IMG/VR virus record: IMGVR_UViG_3300045253_000042
Coordinates: 1 to 58,032 of that record
Source of the DNA: a virus
Taxonomy: Duplodnaviria; Caudoviricetes
Strand: one strand, 5' to 3'
Length of the DNA stretch: 58,032 nucleotides
Below the pieces are notes generated by a model that saw nothing but the letters and a program-made list of their open reading frames with translations, searched no databases and was not told the DNA's origin. Both the position numbers and the translations under genes were made by a program. The stretch's first letter is position 1. Each line of letters begins with the position of its first letter. Below are positions 52,411-58,032 of this stretch, piece by piece.

Positions 52411-53714
52411 CACGACCGCCTCCCATCCACGAACCGGGAGTAGGCGGTCTGCGCCATCAAGGTGACCGTCGTCGTGGGGCCTTGCCTCTGTTTCGCCACG
52501 ATCAGATCGACCTCGCCCGCTCTGTTCAACGGGTCGTAAAGCTCGGGGCGATGGAGCAGCAGAACCACATCCGCGTCTTGTTCGATGGCGCCGGACTCGC
52601 GCAGGTCCGCCAGGTTCGGGCGGCCGCCGCTGCGGCCCTCCGGCTGCCGGTTCAGCTGCGCCAGGACCACCACCGGGATCCGCTCCGACTTCGCCAACAG
52701 CTTCAGTCCGCGGGCGAGCTCGGCGACCGCGTTCTGCCGGTACCGGGCGTCCGTGGTTTGTGCGGTGACCAGCTGCAGGTAATCGACGACGAGCAGGTCC
52801 ACCTTGTGGCGGCGCACCCACGCCCGGATCGAGTGCAGGGTCTGGGACTCCAGGTCCTCGATCCACAAAGGGGCTTCCCGGATCCGGTCGCTGGCCTTCG
52901 CGATGCGTTCCCAGGCGTCCTCGGACAGGTCCCGGCGCAGCAGGTCCGTCAGTGGCACCCCGGCTTCGGCGGCGATCGCGCGCTGGGTCAGTTCGGCGCC
53001 GGTCATCTCCAGGGAGATCAGGCCGGCCGGCCGGCGCAGACGCAGGGCACAGTGCCGGACCAGGTCCAGGCCGACGATCGACTTCCCCACCGCCGGGCGG
53101 GCGCCGATGACGATGAACTGGCCGGGCAGCAGTGGGCGCAGCTCCAGGTCCAGGTCGAGGTAGCCGGTGGGGATGCCGTCGGTGCCGCCGGCCGGGTTCT
53201 GCAGGTCGTCGACGACCTGGTCGAGCCAGTCCCCCAGCCGCCGGGTCGAATCCCTGCCCCCCGTCGCCGAGGCCAGACGCAGGGCCAAGTCGGCGTCGGC
53301 GAGCTTGTCCGCGGCCGGTGCGTCGGATCGGGCGAGCTGCGCGATGTGTTCCCCCGCGGCCAGCAGGCGCCTCGAGGTTGCGGCGGCGAGGACCATGTCG
53401 GCGTAGTAGGCGACCGAGCGCGGCGACGGCGTTGAGGCCATGAGCTGCGCCAGGTATGGGGCACCGCCGGCGGCGACCAGGGCCGGGCCGAGCTCGTGCG
53501 CCACCGTGAGCGCATCGACGGGGTCGCCGCGGTCGAACAGGGCCAGCAGGGCGCCAAAAATGGCCCCGTGCGCTGGCCGGAACATGTCCGCTGGGGACAG
53601 GAGCGCGGCCGCTGTCGCGCATGCGTCTGGGGACAGCAGAGCGGATCCGAGAACGGCGGCCTCTGCGGCCGTGTCCTGCGGGGGCGGCGCCGTGCCCCAG
53701 TTGTCGCTGGTCAT
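52407..53714 (-). CDS. dnaB: Replicative DNA helicase
   Basis: PPQDTAAE.AVLGS, GARPAVGKS, SLEM, VDYLQL, LAQLNR, LRESGAIEQDAD, KQRQGP. Confidence 0.95.
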   Translation of the reverse strand: MTSDNWGTAPPPQDTAAEAAVLGSALLSPDACATAAALLSPADMFRPAHGAIFGALLALFDRGDPVDALTVAHELGPALVAAGGAPYLAQLMASTPSPRSVAYYADMVLAAATSRRLLAAGEHIAQLARSDAPAADKLADADLALRLASATGGRDSTRRLGDWLDQVVDDLQNPAGGTDGIPTGYLDLDLELRPLLPGQFIVIGARPAVGKSIVGLDLVRHCALRLRRPAGLISLEMTGAELTQRAIAAEAGVPLTDLLRRDLSEDAWERIAKASDRIREAPLWIEDLESQTLHSIRAWVRRHKVDLLVVDYLQLVTAQTTDARYRQNAVAELARGLKLLAKSERIPVVVLAQLNRQPEGRSGGRPNLADLRESGAIEQDADVVLLLHRPELYDPLNRAGEVDLIVAKQRQGPTTTVTLMAQTAYSRFVDGRRSW

Positions 53715-54112
53715 GGGACCACGAGCTCGGTCTGGCCGGCGGCGGCGCGGGTGGCCCGCAGTGTGGTCGCGCGTGTCTCTGCGTGGTGGTCGGCGTCATA
53801 CGCCAGGTGGCAGCCCTGGCACATGGCCTTCAGGTTCTCGTCGCGGCAGTCCTCCGGGGTGTGGTTCAGATGCGCGACGGTGAGCACGACCACGGACCCG
53901 GTGAACATCGAGTTGTGGTGGTTCAGGTTCGGGCAGCGCTTGTCTGGCACGAGTGGGTCGCGCCCGACCAGCCAGCCGTAGCGGCGATGCGACTCGGAGC
54001 CGCACTCGCCCATGCACTCGCACCGGTCACCCGCACGATCGCGGATGCGCCGGCTGATCTGGCGCCAGTCCTTCGGGTAGCGGGCGCGGTTCTCCGGACG
54101 GATCGGGCTCAC
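53711..54112 (-). CDS. HNH-like endonuclease
   Basis: PIRPENRARYPKDW...VLTVAHLNHTPEDC...NL.AMCQGCHL.YD. Confidence 0.8.
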   Translation of the reverse strand: MSPIRPENRARYPKDWRQISRRIRDRAGDRCECMGECGSESHRRYGWLVGRDPLVPDKRCPNLNHHNSMFTGSVVVLTVAHLNHTPEDCRDENLKAMCQGCHLAYDADHHAETRATTLRATRAAAGQTELVVP

Positions 54113-55272
54113 ATCGCACCCCGCAGCCACGCCACCAGCTCGGCCGGTGTGCCGCCGACCCAGCGGGCCGTCATGTCCGCGCCGCTCAGCCGCGGCGCGA
54201 AGTACCCGATGAGGGCCTTCACCTGGTCGGCGTCGAGGAGCCCCAGGTCCAGGCGCATGTCGACGCGGCCCGGCCGCACGAGCGCCGGGTCGAGGGTGTC
54301 GGGCCGGTTCGTGGTCATGACGGTGACCAGGCCGTGCGGGGTGATGAACCCGTCCAGGGCGTTCAGCAGGCCGGCAGTGGTGACGTACCGGTCGGTGTCG
54401 ATGTCGCGGTCGGTGGCGGCCTTGACGCAGTCGATGTCCTCGATCACCAGGCAGGAACGCGGCGGCACGCCCGACAGGGCGTTCGCCAGGGCCGAGTTGC
54501 CCTGCACGTCCGACAGGGTCAGGTAGTACACGTCCAGGCCGAGTTCGCCGCACACGGCCGCGATGGTCGAGGTCTTGCCGGTGCCGGGCGGGCCGGCGAG
54601 GAGGTATCCCCGGTGGTATGGCAGGCCCCAGGTGGCGTAGTCGACCTCGGAGTCCAGGAAGGTGCGGGCGTCGCCGATGAGCCGGTTCAGCATCCCGTCG
54701 GCGAGCGCCACCGACGGCAGGGGGCGGGGGGCGAGCGGCCCGGTCGGGCGCCAGTTGTCGCCCCAGCGGGTGTTCACGTACAGGCACGGCGGCCGGTGGG
54801 CCTCGGTCTCGACAAGGTGCGCGAGGTGCGCAAGGACCGCGTCGCGGGCGGCGACGGTGCGCATGGTCAGGGTCAGCCAGCGGTCGGTGACCAGCTTTGA
54901 TCCACCCAGGTCCCCCAGGTCCAGGGCAGCCTCCGTGCCGGCGCGGGCGACGACCATGTGACCGTGGTGGCGGAAGCGCAGCGGCCTCGCACCGTCGTGC
55001 TGCAACGCGGGGACGCGGCGGGGCGCACGATGGGACGGCTCCACGTCGCGGGGGCGGGTCGTACGGAACGACAGCGACCGCTGCTGCGCGGGCGCCGCCG
55101 AGGACAGCACCCATGCCTGCACCAGCGGGTAGATGGCCTCCCCGGAGTCGACGCGGATCGTGTACGCGGTGCGTTCCCGCCACGCCCGCCAGCCGGCCAG
55201 GGTCATGTCGGAGACCGCCTTGCCGATGACGGCGTACTCGATCGCGTCGGTGACGCGGGCCTTGGCCTTCAC
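54109..55272 (-). CDS. BCS1-like AAA+ ATPase
   Basis: GLPYHRGYLLAGPPGTGKTS, IEDID, GLLNALDG, MTTN...LDPALVRPGRVD. Confidence 0.85.
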   Translation of the reverse strand: MKAKARVTDAIEYAVIGKAVSDMTLAGWRAWRERTAYTIRVDSGEAIYPLVQAWVLSSAAPAQQRSLSFRTTRPRDVEPSHRAPRRVPALQHDGARPLRFRHHGHMVVARAGTEAALDLGDLGGSKLVTDRWLTLTMRTVAARDAVLAHLAHLVETEAHRPPCLYVNTRWGDNWRPTGPLAPRPLPSVALADGMLNRLIGDARTFLDSEVDYATWGLPYHRGYLLAGPPGTGKTSTIAAVCGELGLDVYYLTLSDVQGNSALANALSGVPPRSCLVIEDIDCVKAATDRDIDTDRYVTTAGLLNALDGFITPHGLVTVMTTNRPDTLDPALVRPGRVDMRLDLGLLDADQVKALIGYFAPRLSGADMTARWVGGTPAELVAWLRGAM

Positions 55273-55724
55273 GACGCCACCACCAGCGTTCGGCCACCCT
55301 CGGAGTCGAGCAGCCACCAGTTCCCGGCGTGGTCGCGGACCGGCTGCTCGAGCGGGTCGGTGCCCATCGGCACCTTCCACCCGCCGGCCAGCGCCCACAG
55401 CGGCTCGTTCTCATACCGGTAGTTGCAGGCGATGCACGCGCAGGTTCCGTCCTGGACGGCCTGCGGCCGATTCCCGCCCATCCCGCCGAGCCGGTGGTTG
55501 AACACGAGTAGCTCGCGGCGCGGCTGCCCACACGACAGGCACGCACCGTCCCGCTCGTACACGGCGTCGCGGGTCTTGCGCGACGGGCCCGTGTACCGGG
55601 TGGCACCCAGGACGGCGGCGGCGGTCCGTTCGATCCGTTGGCGTTGCATCTGCGCCGACGACTGGCGCAGCGGTGTCTTCGCGCGCAGCGGGGTGTGCCG
55701 CTCCAACGGCTCGCCCCGCTTCAC
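55269..55724 (-). CDS. HNH-like endonuclease (degenerate)
   Basis: RDAVYERDG.C..CG...HR..GMGG...C..CN. Confidence 0.7.
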   Translation of the reverse strand: MKRGEPLERHTPLRAKTPLRQSSAQMQRQRIERTAAAVLGATRYTGPSRKTRDAVYERDGACLSCGQPRRELLVFNHRLGGMGGNRPQAVQDGTCACIACNYRYENEPLWALAGGWKVPMGTDPLEQPVRDHAGNWWLLDSEGGRTLVVAS

Positions 55725-55957
55725 CGAGCCTCCAAGCCGAGCACGACGTAGCCGGGCTGCAGGCCACCGCCGTCGGGTAGATCCGGGTCGCCGGAGAACA
55801 CGTACATGATGCGCGCGCTGAACATGCGGAAGTCGTCGCCCAGGTTGAGCACGTCGCCGACCTGGAAGTTCCGGTCGTTGCGCCGGACCTCGAACGTCTT
55901 GGTGCCGTCCTGAATGCGGTCCATGTAACGCGGCTCGCATCGCAGCGAGTGGATCAT
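55721..55957 (-). CDS. DUF3850 / ASCH-like protein
   Basis: H.L...P.Y...I..G.KTFEVRRNDRNFQVGD.L...PGYVVLG. Confidence 0.8.
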   Translation of the reverse strand: MIHSLRCEPRYMDRIQDGTKTFEVRRNDRNFQVGDVLNLGDDFRMFSARIMYVFSGDPDLPDGGGLQPGYVVLGLEAR

Positions 55958-56175
55958 GCCCCCACCCCCGCCAGGTCCGGTTTGCGCTCGAGCAGGTGCC
56001 ACGGGTTGTCATCAGGGCAGCGGTGGTCGACGGCCCGCAGGACGACCAGGCCGGCCTGCGATGCGGGGAGCTCGAGGGTCCAGCCGCATACCTCGCACTG
56101 GACGCCGTACACGGGCCGGGTCGGGTCGGCGTCCTGGACGTACAGCGTGAACACGGCCATCGACTCGCGGCTCAT
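55954..56175 (-). CDS. Small hypothetical protein (CxxC)
   Basis: ATGA overlaps. Confidence 0.55.
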   Translation of the reverse strand: MSRESMAVFTLYVQDADPTRPVYGVQCEVCGWTLELPASQAGLVVLRAVDHRCPDDNPWHLLERKPDLAGVGA

Positions 56176-56672
56176 TCGGCGTGCACCTCCCCGCGTAGGT
56201 GGGCGAGTGTCTTGGTCAGGGAGACCAGCCACGAGTGCCGGACCCGGTCAGGCGCGTCAGCTGTCTCCGGGCACAGCGCGCCGTGGACCACGGCAGCGGC
56301 GGCGAGGCCAGCCATGTCGGCCATCTCGTCGTCGGTGGCGATGAACTGCTCGGCGATGTTGATCGGCGTCAGGTACGGGACCGCATCCATGCCCTGCAGC
56401 TGCTCCGCCGTGTAGGGGCCCTCGTCGGGCTGGATGGCCATGACGAGGAGCTCGTGGGTGGTGCCAGCGAACTTGTGGAACGGCTCAGGGAATCCCGGCT
56501 GCCCGTCGCGGAGGCGGACCACGGCCAGGATGTACTGCTGCCACAGCGGGTGATAGCTGGGGGCGGTGATGATCCAGTGGCAGACCGTCTCCGCCTCGGT
56601 CGGCCGCCCGGTCAACTCGATCCGTTCGGCGTGGCCGTAGTGGCCTTCGACGTGGTCGGTGGGGATGTCCAT
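56172..56672 (-). CDS. Hypothetical protein
   Basis: MDIPTDHVEG...HPLWQQY...THEL. Confidence 0.7.
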   Translation of the reverse strand: MDIPTDHVEGHYGHAERIELTGRPTEAETVCHWIITAPSYHPLWQQYILAVVRLRDGQPGFPEPFHKFAGTTHELLVMAIQPDEGPYTAEQLQGMDAVPYLTPINIAEQFIATDDEMADMAGLAAAAVVHGALCPETADAPDRVRHSWLVSLTKTLAHLRGEVHAE

Positions 56673-57100
56673 CAGGCGATCAGCTCCTTGACCTGCTCGC
56701 GGATCGTCGGCAGCGCGACGTCCCCGAGGGTGCGGCCGTCCTTGAGCACCAGGAACGGCATGAACGCCTGCTCGACGGAGACCAGTCCCATCTCGACGGC
56801 CTCCAGGTTCGCCTTCAGCAGCAGCACCAGGCCGCGCCAGCGCTCCTTGACGTCCTGCTCCCACTTCGGCCGGGTCTGCACCCAACGGCCGGTGCGGCCG
56901 TTGTAGACCTTGTCCTCGGTGGGGGCCGGCGGGATCGGCACGCCGATGCGCACCGGGAAGCCGGCCATGAAGAACTCGAGCACCGCCCAGCCGGGCTCCT
57001 GCCCGAACCGGTACGTGTCGATCTCGTACCGGGTCAAGACGCGGCCGATCTCTTGCTGGCTGCTTGACACCGACACCGAAGTGCCCTTCGCGTAGGTCAT
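56672..57100 (-). CDS. Conserved phage hypothetical protein
   Basis: YAKGTSV...SQ.EI...WR.L.L.LKA.LEAVE.G....EQAFMP. Confidence 0.75.
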   Translation of the reverse strand: MTYAKGTSVSVSSSQQEIGRVLTRYEIDTYRFGQEPGWAVLEFFMAGFPVRIGVPIPPAPTEDKVYNGRTGRWVQTRPKWEQDVKERWRGLVLLLKANLEAVEMGLVSVEQAFMPFLVLKDGRTLGDVALPTIREQVKELIA

Positions 57101-57441
57101 GCGGTCAGCTCCTGGGTGGGTCGGCCAGCTGCGACGGCGGCGCGGTGGTTGCGCAGCCAGTCCCGGTAGGCGACCGGATCGTTGGGGTCGATCGGCGGGA
57201 CAGGTTCGGGGCTGCGGGCCAGGCGTTCGGCGCGGATCTCGTCGTAGCCGTCCAGCACATCGGTCACGTCGATGAACCGCCGGCCGTGACGCTTCGCCCC
57301 GTACACCGCGGCGACCGCGTCGTCCAGCGGCACGTCGGCGAGCAGCGGGAACCAGGCGTCAGGGGTGCCGGCGTTGATGGCCTGCGCCGGGCACAGGTGC
57401 TGGATCAGCTCGACCAAGTCCACGCACTCGGTGGGGATCAT
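57097..57441 (-). CDS. Helicase loader/inhibitor (G39P-like)
   Basis: M...E...L......CP.Q.....T.DAW..LL.D...DDA..AV; directly after replication initiator. Confidence 0.65.
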   Translation of the reverse strand: MIPTECVDLVELIQHLCPAQAINAGTPDAWFPLLADVPLDDAVAAVYGAKRHGRRFIDVTDVLDGYDEIRAERLARSPEPVPPIDPNDPVAYRDWLRNHRAAVAAGRPTQELTA

Positions 57442-58032
57442 GCGCGTCCCTCCGCGGCTAGGGCGCGCTGCCGCGCACCGGACAGGTCCGCCTGGCGGCC
57501 GTTGCGGCGGACCGACGGTGCCGCGAGCTCGTGCAGCACCGAGGCGAGGGCCGAGGGATGCATCCGGCGGCGCGCCCACTCAGCCAGCGATCCCCGGACC
57601 TGGTCATACGGGAAGCCCTCGCCGAGCAGCTTCCCGACCTCTTTCGCGACCTGGCCGACGACGCGGTCTGGCGGTCGCTGCGGCTCGTGGTCGATCCACT
57701 CAGCGATCAGGGTCGCGGCGGATTCCGGCGGATCCGCCACTGGCGTGGAGTGAACTGGAGTGTCGTGATCCCTGTCCCCACTTACAGGACCACTCCACTC
57801 CAGGGAATCCAGCGGTAATCCCTCTGGAATCGGTACGGATTCCGGCACCTTTCCGGACGCTTTCCGTTCACGGTCGCGTCGTCTTTCCGTACCGATCTGC
57901 TCCGCTGAGCGGTTCCACTTCAGCCACGACCGAACCTGGTAGCCCCCCTCGGCCTCGACCCAGACACCCTCGCGTACCAGCGCCTGCGACGACTTGCCGA
58001 TGGCGCGCAGCCCGACGCCGAACAGCAGCACC
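57438..58032 (-). CDS. Replication initiator / replisome organizer, C-terminal part (starts at 293 across junction)
   Basis: LV..G.W.E.EGGYQVRSWLKWN...ERRRDRERK; contains iteron-like array. Confidence 0.8.
   Translation of the reverse strand, partial: VLLFGVGLRAIGKSSQALVREGVWVEAEGGYQVRSWLKWNRSAEQIGTERRRDRERKASGKVPESVPIPEGLPLDSLEWSGPVSGDRDHDTPVHSTPVADPPESAATLIAEWIDHEPQRPPDRVVGQVAKEVGKLLGEGFPYDQVRGSLAEWARRRMHPSALASVLHELAAPSVRRNGRQADLSGARQRALAAEGRA
57755..57869. repeat. Putative replication origin: six phased 11-bp iteron-like units plus flanking inverted repeat
   Basis: GGAATCCAGCG GTAATCCCTCT GGAATCGGTAC GGATTCCGGCA CCTTTCCGGAC GCTTTCCGTTC (57804-57869); CTGGAGTG/CACTCCAG (57755-57762/57796-57803). 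Confidence 0.6.
57907..58032. repeat. Terminal direct repeat, right copy
   Basis: Identical to 7-132. Confidence 0.97.

Larger units (their letters stand above)
1..58032. mobile_element. Complete temperate siphovirus genome (circularly assembled), probable actinobacteriophage
   Basis: Terminal overlap; full terminase/portal/capsid/tail/tape measure/lysis set; integrase and repressor; Lsr2-like, Rpf and DUF1906 genes and very high GC point to an actinobacterial host. Confidence 0.95.

Overview
The window appears to be the complete, circularly assembled genome (about 57.9 kb) of a high-GC temperate siphovirus, most likely infecting an actinobacterium. Bases 7-132 are identical to 57907-58032. 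Nearly all genes lie on the minus strand in tightly overlapped operons. In transcription order these are: cro; recombination genes (PD-(D/E)XK exonuclease, gp3-like protein); an Rpf-type transglycosylase lipoprotein; Lsr2-like and RusA genes; a replication initiator spanning the contig junction with iteron-like repeats; helicase loader, BCS1-like AAA ATPase and DnaB; three apparently damaged DNA methyltransferases; a TerS-like gene; a 13.6 kb block that includes large fibre/glycanase proteins; TerL; a portal-NUDIX-MuF fusion; XkdF-like protease, scaffold and capsid; head-tail and tail genes with a predicted -1 frameshift; and lysis genes followed by HNH, papain-like peptidase and GH26-like genes. 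Only a repressor, a small tyrosine integrase and a lipoprotein are on the plus strand, in an arrangement resembling an integration-dependent immunity switch. All calls come from motif recognition by eye. No database searches were run, and many start codons were re-picked from gene overlaps and RBS-like sequences. I saw no tRNA, CRISPR array or reverse transcriptase.
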